This document shows, in pieces, positions 15,001 through 27,000 of a stretch of 64,000 nt of DNA. The stretch is from NCBI RefSeq assembly GCF_964355755.1, contig NC_092676.1, positions 9,401,888 through 9,465,887 of the forward strand, in the 5' to 3' direction. Every line of letters begins with the position of its first letter. The first letter of the stretch is position 1. The stretch is from Antedon mediterranea. Lineage: Eukaryota > Animalia > Echinodermata. A program made the translations under genes and the position numbers. Under the pieces are notes generated by a model. The model saw only the letters and a list, made by a program, of their open reading frames with translations, had not been told where the DNA came from and did not search any database.

Positions 15001-18000
15001 GTGAAATAGCAAGCACAGAACGCAGGGTGCGTTAGTGGAGAGTGCGTCGCATCTCCACTAACGCACGAATTAGACCTGTGCGTTATTTGTTTATAACATA
15101 GGTCTATAAACTATTTTCACTTACCTTTTTTAGTGAATATATGCATATGAGCTAAGCAACACTTTGTTCGGCGACCGTGTAGCCTAGGCCTAGAAAAACA
15201 GTTGTGTACCAGAAATTACAAGATCACAAGTGGTGTGTTTGTTTTTTTTTTAATGTGCCCGCTGTTCAAACGACTCAGTATTCGTAAATCATGCTGCGCC
15301 TAGCGCGATCGGTAATCTGTCATGATTTACACGCAGTAGTGCTCTGTTGTTATGCTTTTTTGCTGCGCACTTTTTCAACTCCAGTGCATGATAGTGCAAA
15401 ATAAAAGAGCGCACACGTGACTCATTTCAGCGAGTCTGATTGGCTACATCCTTGAACCCATGTTATAATACGTACTATTTAAAGATCGTGTAATATTACT
15501 TTTTTTTGTGTACGACAAAAATATCTTCTCCATACGAAAACAAAATATCTGTGTGAAATCAAATAGCAGCACCGTCTGTTGTTCTGCGAACGAAAACAAC
15601 AAAAAGATTAGAACAATGGCAATAACAAGAATAATTATACTTAGATGTTATCATATCAAATAAACGCTTTTCTGCAAGCCAGATACAATAGTAAAGACTT
15701 AAGTTGTGAACCCGAAACCTTGCAGTTTTTTTTAAAAAGTCGTTGATATTACAAAATAATGCGGGTCGTTTCCTTGTACCTACATACGCAGACCACCACC
15801 TGGCCGGGTTCATAATATAACTTATATTTTCTATGTTTAGAATTGTGAAACCTCACAACTTGCATTTGTACAAGAGCAATGCGCCAATCAGAGTGATCAT
15901 CCTTCTGGAGAAGGCTTTGAATGGCAACCGAATTATTATTATTTTAACTGTAAGTCTCTAAAACAAAACTATTAATCATTATTTACTGAATCATGGACAG
16001 ATGAAACAGGAGGATTTTGAGAATTGTAGTAAATTTTTATTTTTTCGGAATATAAATAATATAAATAAGGTTTTCGATCATGCCGTCAGTATACAGTTGT
16101 GTGCGATGCAATAATTGTGTTTTTTAATATGGCTACGCTGCAAATTTGTCATGGATCTCCCTAACTTCATGAGATTTTTGTAATATTGTAGTGGCTGTTG
16201 ATTGGCGTGGCGCTGTTAAATATGAATGCATAAACGGGCATAAACCGAATAAGATTTTTAAACGTCGTTCACTGCGAATATAATATACGATGGAGTTTAG
16301 CAATGTGTCGTTCTAATGTAACAAGCCAGAGATGCAAATAAAGCACGAAACTTCTTGGAAGTTGTTGATGGTATGTGCAAACAAACACAAGTGATATACT
16401 TGACAAGTAACACACTGTAATTATGTAATGCCAATACTATGTTTTATATTGTTATACAGTTAACACCTTCTGTAAACTTAACTGTGCTCGAAAAGAAGGA
16501 AATACATATCACCTACGTAGATTTGGAGAGTTCATCGATGGTTCCCGATGCGATTTTAACGACACTTACAATGCGTATAAGATGTGCTTTTCAGGTCGTT
16601 GTGAAGTAAGTACAATCCTTTCAATTAAAACACAGAACTAACCAACTAAATGCTTTACTACGACAAATGTTTAAAACAAATAAACAAACCTATAGATTGC
16701 TATCGGAATGCTAATATGGTGGAGCCTTTCAGTTTGCGACGATCAATTAAGTTGTAATTGTTTATATTGTTTATTCAATGCAGCTTATTTTTAATTGGTG
16801 CATCTCATTATAACTTTGTTTTGTTTTGTTTTATTTTGACTTAATTTGTGCTACTTAGTTTTGTTATTTTTGTATTTTATAAGTAATGATGGAGTAAGAG
16901 CAGTTTTCTGTTTGGGCTCATGCCTATTACTTGCTCCTGGCAAGATGAATTGTAAAATGTACTTTATGAACTTTTGCCGAATAAATATTATTATTATTAT
17001 TATTATCAAAGATCTAAAGCCTGTTTTCCTGTCGATCGTTAAGTTGCGTTGCGTTGAGTTGACAGATTCAACGATTTGACAGGAAAAGGGGGTAAAAATT
17101 AACGTTTAAAATCGTTAAAATCTTAAATCGTTAAAGTTGAACTCGTTCAACTTTAAAGATGTATTGTCCCTTGAAACACAAAAAATGAAAAAAAATATTT
17201 TCTAAATTTAAATTGGCCATATCAAAGTAATATTAAAGTTATTCACTTTAAGTCGAACATTTGAGCCAAAAACAACAAGTTTACGTAATTAACAGGTAAA
17301 TTAATTTGATTACATTTCGTCTGAAAAATCGTCACGAGCGAAAGTAAACAAAGATTTCAAACCACGAGTATGCATTATGCATGATGCTAATTGGGATTGT
17401 TTACAACTCGTCAAGGTTGAGAAGGTGTTTTCACACAGATCGCGAGGAAGTTTTATGATTATGCATACAGAGTAGCCAAACAAACGCGTTGCATTATGAG
17501 ATATGTTTTGATCGAAAACTTTGACTGGAAGTCAAAGTTATTTTTTGAGCAAAAAAACGTCTGTATTTCAGTTAATTTTTTTTTTGGACTAATTTTTTGT
17601 GAAAGTTAATAACTATTATGATACTTCAAAATGACCCACTTTTTTTCGAAATATTAAAAATTTTTTTTTTTTGGGAAATTAGTCAAAGGGACAATACATC
17701 TTTAACGATTACGATCGTTACGATCGTTAAAACTGACCAATCAAATGGTTCACAAATTACGTCATTGCAGTTTGTGAAAAAGTAGGTAAGCGCTGACAAT
17801 ATAGACAAGTTCTATTTCCTCTGAAATATGATGTAAGAAGCATTTTTGGGTAGAAGCTGGGATCCACTTGATTTAGGATATTTCGACCTCGCTGATTACG
17901 AATATGGCGGATCCCAAGCGAAATTCGGCCATCTAAGCCCTTAATTTGCATAATTAAAAATGGCGGCCATTTTTTATAATTACCCTATATCTCGAGAACC

Positions 18001-21000
18001 ACTAGTCACAGATAATTAATTTTGGTGTCAAAATGTTTTAAATATATGTTTTTATATTCACTTTAATGACACATTTTCTCAAAAAATGGATGCAAGTCTT
18101 ATTTCTGACATTTTGACCTTAGACCTTGATTTATCGTATCTCAGTAACCAATAATCGGAGAGACACGAAATAGGGCTCAAATTGTTCAGAAACTATACAT
18201 TCATATTTATTATAATGAAATGTTTTTACAAAAAATGGCCGATTCTACAACTATTGACCTTTGAACTATTAGTCAAATATAATAATATAATAATAATATA
18301 ACTTTGAAAATTGTGGTCTTATGAATTTTTGTTTCTTTTTAAATTGTTTAAAACATGTGTGTTTCTATCCAGTCTAATTGCATATTTTGTAAAAGAATGG
18401 CCGATAGTATGGTTATTAACCTTTTAACTACAGCATAGGCCTACTGTATACTAAATATAATATAATTGCATAACTATGAAATTATTTATACACAATAATA
18501 ATTAGTAAAATTATAAAATTCACTGCCATCAAATATGATGTGTTATGATTTATATAGATTTAAAAAAAATTTGAACATTACATTTCTTGAAATTTGAAAT
18601 TACCTGCCATCAATATGATGGAGTATGATTATATATTTTTAAAAATGTGAACATGTCAGCTACATTTGACCAACACCGTAAACGTAGCAAACGAATCTTT
18701 CCGATTTCATAATAACTTGGTCACTGATAGGTTTTCTCTCAGGTCTTTAATTAGTTCATTTTTTTTTAAATACTTCCCATGCCGATGCCTTTGAGTGTCC
18801 ACTCTTAGATATGAACAGGGAAGAGTTAAATTACTGTATGTATGTATTAATGTAATTTAACTCTTCCCTGGATATGAGGTAGTAAAATTAGTAAAATTAC
18901 AAAATTCACTGCCATCAAATATGATGTGTTATGATTTATATAGATTTAAAAAAAAAATTGAATACGCAAGTGACAATTGTTGATATTTGAAATTACCTGC
19001 CATCAATATGATGGAGTATGATTATAGATTTTCTAAAATGTGAACATGTCGGCTACATTTGGAAATTACCTGCCATCAATATGATGGATTATGATTATAG
19101 ATTTAAAAAAGAATTTGAACACGTAAGCTACATTTGAAAATTACCTGCCATCAATATGATGGATTATGATTATAGATTTAAAAAAAATTTGAACACGTCT
19201 CAGCTACATTTGGAAATTACCTGCCATCAATATGATGGATTATGATTGTATAGTACCTGCCATCAATATGATGGATTATGAATATAGATTTAAAAAAGAA
19301 TTTGAACACGTAAGCTACATTTGAAAATTACCTGCCATCAATATGATGGATTATGATTGTATAGATTTAAAATAAAATGTGAACACGTAAGCTACATTTG
19401 GAATGAACATGTTAAGGGCATCAGTTAAGATCATTCATGCAAAGGTTTCCGTCATCTTTAGCGTTGTTACAGCGGCATAAAGCTGTACATGGTAGTTTTG
19501 ACTTCTTGCACCTATCTATTGGTTATGCATCGTGTCTTGCATCCACAATAAATCATCTCTAACGAAGCAGTAGGAATAGCTTCATTTTTCAGAAGCACTG
19601 GTTGAAGTTTACCATTAGATAGCTCCCAACCAATATGTTGGTGATGGCAAATGCTGGATTGGCGATACAGCTTTTTTCCATACGAGTGCTTGGAAGTGTG
19701 CTCTTTTTATATGTTGGTGCACTGCATCGCTTGTTGGAGGTAATGCCTCTGGTTTTTTTTTAAAAGCCTAACTTCATTGGTACTTTTAACTTGACCAACA
19801 CCGTAAACGTAGCAAATGAATCTTTCCGATTTCATAATAACTTGGTCACTGATAGGTTTTCTCCCAGGTCTTTAATTAGTTCATACTTTTTTTTTAATAC
19901 TTCCCATGCCGATGCCTTTGAGTGACCACTTAGATATGAGCAGTGAAGAGTTAAATTACTGTATGTATGTATTAATGTAATTTAACTCTTCCCTGGATAT
20001 GAGTAGTATGGCATCCACTAATAGTGTGGAATGGAATCAGTGCTTTTGTAGAACCCTCGGGCAAGGCTTGAAAAATGTCTTTTATAGATACTTTCTTTTT
20101 TTGGATGTCCCTGTCATCATCCATTTGGATACCATGCTTTGGTAGTGAGACACTAGAATCACTAGTACGTCTGTATCCCTAGAAGCAACTACAACTGTGT
20201 CGTATCGGACATTGGCAGCATGACAAGTCTCGTGTCCGATTCTTCATGGTCTGCTACCAGAGACAACGTATTCGTGTAGACTTTTGATGATTTAACAACT
20301 GATTCTTTCATAAATCCACCAGCTGTGACAATTTCTTTGTCTATAGGAGCTTGACGAATCAACTCCTCTGATAGAAATCGTGTCAGATCTGCATTATTAT
20401 CTTGTAATGCCAAAAAGTTGGTCATTTTCTCTAAAATAATTACATTATTGGATGTACAGTATAGGCCTAGTTACAATTTTCACAAATTTATATTAGCATT
20501 AAAATCTAATTAATCATGAAGGAAAACCAAGCACCATCCATAATCTCTCCTGGTGGTGACCTTATTTTTTATTTTTGGCAGCCATTCACAAGTTTTCGCT
20601 TTTTGAGTTTCGCTGCTCTTATGTAAAATTTTTTTAATCACAAACTCTACATAGAAAAGAACATTAAATGTTTTAAAATGAATGAAAAGTGATATGATAA
20701 AGGACTATTATTATAGTGTTATACTAAAAATAAGACGAGTTGGTTGGTGGTGTCAAAATTCACACTTATTCTTTACTTATTATTTACTCCATGCTCACAG
20801 ATGAATGTTATAGGCCTAATCCTATTTAAAGCTAGGTTGGCAATAACTATTAATAAGGCTTACAAGTTGTATCTATTAGTATTTATCTAGGCCTACTACT
20901 CACTCAGGGTGAACCCTCACTCAGGCCCACAACTAGGCCTAGTACTACTAGACTAGCTACTACTACTAGGCCTAGCCAATAGATAGGGGATAGTACACTA

Positions 21001-24000
21001 GCCAGTACAGCTGTAATGGGCTAGCTAGGCTTCCTATACTAACTAACAAAGCTGCACCATAGAAACTACAGTTTTTAGTTACCAATCTGCTAGGGCCTAG
21101 CCATTATAGTATATTCTTCAAGATAGGAGTTGTTTTTTTGTTGTTAAACTACAAAAGTTTCCCACATCGTCGTCTCGCCATATCACGTCGTAATTTTTTG
21201 GTGATGACCTAGAGGTCACATACACGCACAAGAAGAATCATACAAAAATGCATAATTCATAAGCTAATTCAGGTCAAGGGTTAAATTAAACCGGAAGCCA
21301 GCTGGCTGCCAACTGACTTCCGGTTGACTATTTTTTACTTTAAATTACGATTTTCTTAGGTAAATACATTTTTTTCCAATCAAATTTTATTTCAAAGTGA
21401 ATAACTTTTATGTATCATTAAAATGGCCTATTCAACAAAAATATTTTTAAAAATTATTTGTTCAGGGGGACAATACATCTTTAACGCAACTTAACGATCG
21501 ACAGGAAAACAGGCTTAAATGCAACTCAACGCAACGTAACGATCGACAGGAAAACAGGCTTTCGAAGCCTCACACAGGCTTGATGGTTTCTATTGTAGGT
21601 CCAGCAGGCGACGACCGACGACACACCGATTTACCTGACCTAGGTTGGTCGTCGGTCATCCTAAATCGAAAGTTACCTTTCAGTGAAGGTTTTTGAATAG
21701 CGATATAAACATCTCGACAATAATGTATAATTTATGACTGTCAATGATGACAAAGCTTTAGTTCCAGATGTTCAGATAGGCTATCAGTTTGCTCATTTTT
21801 TTTACAGAATGTTGGATGTGATGGGAAATTAAACTCTGAAGCAGTATTTGATAGATGTGGAAATTGCAACGGTGATGGCAGCAGATGCACAGCTACTAAA
21901 GCATCTAAGACTGTTGGTGGTGTATCTAACAGTAGGAATATTTTTTAAATATTATTAAACACAAAATACAATCATATTATACACATCAAATCAAAACTAT
22001 GTGTAATAAGGGTCGTTCACACCCGTGCCGGCGTCACCAAATAAAATCGAACGCCGCGCTAATGTTTCGTTTTGACGACGCTTCATGCGGCTATGCGCCA
22101 ATCAATCAAACCAATCAATCAAACCAATCAATCCGAGAATTACTTATATAATTACTTATATTATTACTTAATTAATTATATAAAGATTCTCATTGTACAA
22201 TATAGAGCAGAGTATTGGACATTAACATTCTCTATTCAACAAATATATGGTTAAATTTAAAAAAATTAAAAAAACACACTAATTTATGTAAATTCTATAA
22301 ATTATGTAAAACATGATTATAAAGAAAAATATTTTATTTTACTTGTTTGTGTGTTTAGAATTTGTCCATGTTGTTTCGATACCAATTGGGGCAACAAGCG
22401 TAATTGCAACCGACGGAGGAGAATATAGTTATCTAGGTAGGCACTGCAGTTTTATTCAATGATTCATTTGATCAGTATTAAATATTGGAAATCCAGGAAT
22501 CTGGACCATCATGGATGAAAATATTTATGCGCTGCAAATATATTCAATATGCAAATGCATTCAAATGTAGTATTAAAATTATATGTATTCAAATATCAAT
22601 CATGTACCGTTTAATAGGTGTACAATTCAATGGTGAGATTGTCATTGGTGATGATCACTTCCAACGACGACGTCAGGGTTTGGTGTCAGCTGGGGTAGAT
22701 TTAGTTTATTATTCATACGCGTTCGACCAAGTTATTATCAAAGGACCAACTACTGCTGTTATTGACATTATGGTACGTATACTAGTGGACTGATGAAACG
22801 TTGCATACTATTTATTCATTTAATTAGTTGGAAACTTGTTCAAATTTTTACCTTACTTCCTAATACTGCGTCCTTTACAATGGCTATACAATTTCTTTGA
22901 ATAGCTCTATAAAATACCTTGGTATCGAACTAAGCAATAGGCTTAATAGTGAATTAATTGTCTCAACAATTATTAAGAAAGTTAATGGTCGTATTAAATT
23001 TGCGTATAGGAATTGTCGTAACTTTGATCGCTGTATTCGTAAACTCATAATGGAAGCCCTGGCTCTAAGCCATATAAATTATGCTATATCATCCTGGTAC
23101 TGGGGTACAACCTCGGATTCCCGTACTAAACTTCAAAGAACACAAAATAAAGTAATTAGATTCATCTTAGGGAAACATAATAGATACCATATCACAATGA
23201 CACTACAACACGTACAGACAATATATACAAAAAGTTGTCCAGACTTTATGTTAAATAATTTTAATATGATAAATCATAACCATGGTACTAGAGGTAAATA
23301 TTGTAATTTTATTGTTCCAATGATTAACTATACTGTTAGTAAGACCTTTTTTTTTAATGCAATCACACTGTGGAACAAATTACCAATAGAAATAAAAAAT
23401 ATTTTTACACACAATAGTTTTAAAAGGACTCTTAAGAAATTTTTATTAACAAATATGCAAATTATGTAGACCTAAAATTTTGATTGACTTTTCTTGTAAA
23501 TAATAGTAGATATTTTTGTAATAATAATGATTATCAGAATTCGGCATAAATCTAACATGTAATTAAATTAATTTGTAATACTGTATAAAATAATAATAGA
23601 TCCATATTTTTGTATAATTATTGTAATATTATTTTATTATGTTGGGGACCCCTTTTGAAACAAGCCTCTGGGCTTAAAGGGCCTCCCCTGCTTTCCATGC
23701 TTATTTTCTTGTCTAGTCTTGTATTTTTATATTTAATGTTTCTCTTTTTATTTCATTTACATTATTCTGTTTTATTTATTTGTACTGTATTTGGAAAGCA
23801 ATAAATATTACTTACTATTACTGTAGACGCAATAACAAAACACCATTGAGAAAGGATGTAGTTTTCTTGGGTTAGGCCAAGTAGTTGACCGCGGTTAGTT
23901 TTCCCATGGAGGAAATAATATTATACATGGTTTTCTTGTTATAGTTCACCAAGGTTATTTTATGCATGGTTGCACAATCTAGTATTATGAATAAATCACT

Positions 24001-27000
24001 GTTCTTACTGAACCATTTCATTTATACATTTAGATTTTAAATACAAAAAAATCAATACAATTAGTTACATTTGCCAATTTTCAATTATATTACAGGTTTT
24101 CAAACATGCAAGGAGCCCTTTGTACAAGGCAAATGTTTCCTACAGTTACTACCAGAAGACTAGCATGGCAACTTCAGAATGGAGTAAAGGTTCGTGGTCA
24201 ACTTGCTCGAAGAGTTGTGGTTCAGGTCAAGAGACGCGTGACATCACTTGTACATTAGATGGACGGCCAGTAGCAACAGCAATGTGTAATGGTGTAAAAC
24301 CAAATGAACAGCGACCATGTGACCAAGGGTTATGTCCTATGAAGCAATGGGCAGCTGGAAAATATGGCCAGGTAAATGTTGCATATATAGTTATATATAT
24401 AATAGTTAAACACAAAGTCTAGATAAGATCAGTAAATATGGTTGAATAAAATGCAATTTATTTTTCCTCTCTGTGTAATATTTGATTCTAAAATAAGAGC
24501 AGATGATCACAGGGTGTCACGAAACCTAAGACCACGAAAGCTAAGATCCCCTAAGACCTAAGATCACGAAAGCTAAGACCCAAGACCTAAGATTACAAAT
24601 ATTTATCTTTCGCACCTGCCTTGTATTTTAACTCCCAACATTTATTCTGAATACCACACCTTAGAATTGGCACTTTCATGAAAAAGAATCACATAAAAAG
24701 TAACAAATACATTTTTAAATTGATGATTTTACAGACGTTTTTCTCGCACACAAAATGACTAGCCTACAGTACACTAGTAGCAGTATACTGTAATGTAACT
24801 CCTCGAGCTCCCCATGCTCAATGTTTTTGTTTCTATGGAACGTCAAAAGAGCAAAAATTATATAGAGGGCTGAAAACTCTGTTGGAGTCCATCTACAGTG
24901 TGGATGGAACAATGTAAAATTAAAATTGTAATGATAATAGTATAACCATGCAAGTACGAAGAAATAAATACTGGCAAATAAATTTTAACTTAAAAATCAT
25001 GATAAGTTTTTTTGTTTCGTTTTCTTTCTGTTTTTATACTTGTACTATTATTGTTGCTCTTTTGGCGCTCCATAGAAACAAAAACATTGAGCATGGGGAG
25101 CGGAGTTACATTACAGTATACAAAGAAACGTCTGTAAAATCATAAATTTAAAGGATTTATTTATTTGTTATTATGTGTTTCTCCTTCTGAAAGTACTTAT
25201 AAGTCCTAATTTTAAAGTGTGGTATTCAGGATAAAGTTAGTCAACAAATTTGGAGTCAAAATACAAGAAAGGCAGGTGCGTAAGAAAAACATTCTCTGAA
25301 CCAACACATTGGAGTAAATATATACCAACAAACAACCCGTCAAGTTTGTTTGTTGTAAAGAAAAAATATACATTTACTCAACGGGCGAAAATAATGTGAG
25401 TTTATCTATGTTTTGCGGTAGTATTAAATTATATTTATGGTAATAAATGAAAGCTACTGTGTTTAAAATTATGTATGGATAAACAAGTATTGTTTTTAAG
25501 CTGTAGTATATCTTAGAATTTGTAATCTTAGGTCTTGGGTCTTAGCTTTCGTGATCTTAGGTCTTAGGGGGTCTTAGCTTTCGTGGTCTTAGGTTTCGTG
25601 ACACCCGATGATCACACGTCGAATCACGTCCAATAACATTACGATTGTATGCATTATGTACTCTATTATTGACATTAAATAGCTTGTAGTCTGTAAGCTG
25701 CTAACATCAATGTTATAGACAGTAGATACCTTAACACATGTTCTGTATCGTGTAGTGTTCGGTGACATGCGGTGATGGCATTAAAACCAGAATTGTAACT
25801 TGTCAAAGTCCGTCCGAACAAGTACTGGATGATTCCGAATGCAATCCAGAAACTAAACCGAACGAACAGAAGCCATGCACAAAGCCAGCATGTAAGTAGA
25901 TTTTCAGTCTAACCCAATAATAAGATTACGATGACGGTGATATGATTGTGGTTATTAATCGTTCGTCTTTAAATCATAGGTTGCGGCGAGACATACACAA
26001 ACAATTCGGGTTCGCTAACCTCACCAAATTACCCGAATAAATACATGGCGAATACAGCTTGTGTGACAAAGATCCAAATAACGAGTGGTCGGCAAGTCAA
26101 AATCTCGTTTGAAGTGTTCAAATTGCAGAATTCAAAAAATTGCAAAATCGACTATGTCAAAGTAAGAGGATATATATATATATATAATTATATATTAATA
26201 TATATATAAACACAACAGGCAAAGAACATTAATTCTAAACCGCCCGGTGATATATATAAAAATACTGAAAGATGAGGGCGTATCAATTTGATCTCTGTTG
26301 CGCGTGCGTACAACTGAGGACTAGTGCTGTTCCGCCGTACCACGCCGAGAATGTTAAAGAGTCGCTATCCAATCGAGTTCGAACAATACCATGAAAGCCC
26401 CAGTGGTCTAATGGTTAGGATATCTGCATATCAAGCAGGCGGTCCGAGTTCGAGTCTCGGTTGGGGCGACTTTTTCTCATTCTCACAGATTTCCTCATCT
26501 TTATCGTTTCAAATTAGGCCTATATATATATATATATATATATATAAATCCAAAGGCAAATTACTGAAAAAAATGACAATGCTGTGGGTATCAGTGGCTG
26601 GATCTCAATGGAGATACAAAAATAAAAAGCGAAAAGCTAAATCAAAACGATAAAGTAAACAGCCAGAAAAGTTAGAAGAGCTTTCGGGCAACACTAGCCC
26701 TTCATCAGTGCAAGTGAAGGAATTTGGATAACGTCATAGTATAAAGCTGGCAATACCTACGTGTGCGACGTTTCACAAATCTTCATCTGGCAATGACTAG
26801 ATGTTAGTGGTTGGAGTTGTAATGCATTTATTGTATAGTTTTTCTTTATTGTACAATGACAAATGAAGTTGTTTAATAATTATAACATTTGTATTTTTTA
26901 CTTTACTTGCACTTTGCAACTTCTAGTTATGCTAAGCTTATAATTCTACGCATGAATATCTTATTGTTTATTATTTTAGTTGACAGATGAAGGAACAGGA

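Larger units (their letters stand above)
17017..21561. mobile_element. Harbinger-like TIR element hosting nested insertions
   Basis: Left TIR AGCCTGTTTTCCTGTCGATCGTT at ~17018; right TIR AACGATCGACAGGAAAACAGGCT present twice (~21493-21561). Confidence 0.6.

Noticed and set aside
18500-19405. Regular repeat array resembling CRISPR
   Set aside because: Units are tandem with no unique spacers, there are no cas genes and the context is eukaryotic; it is a minisatellite.
26324-26653. 109-aa ORF
   Set aside because: Runs through the tRNA-like sequence and (TA)n microsatellite; not protein-like.
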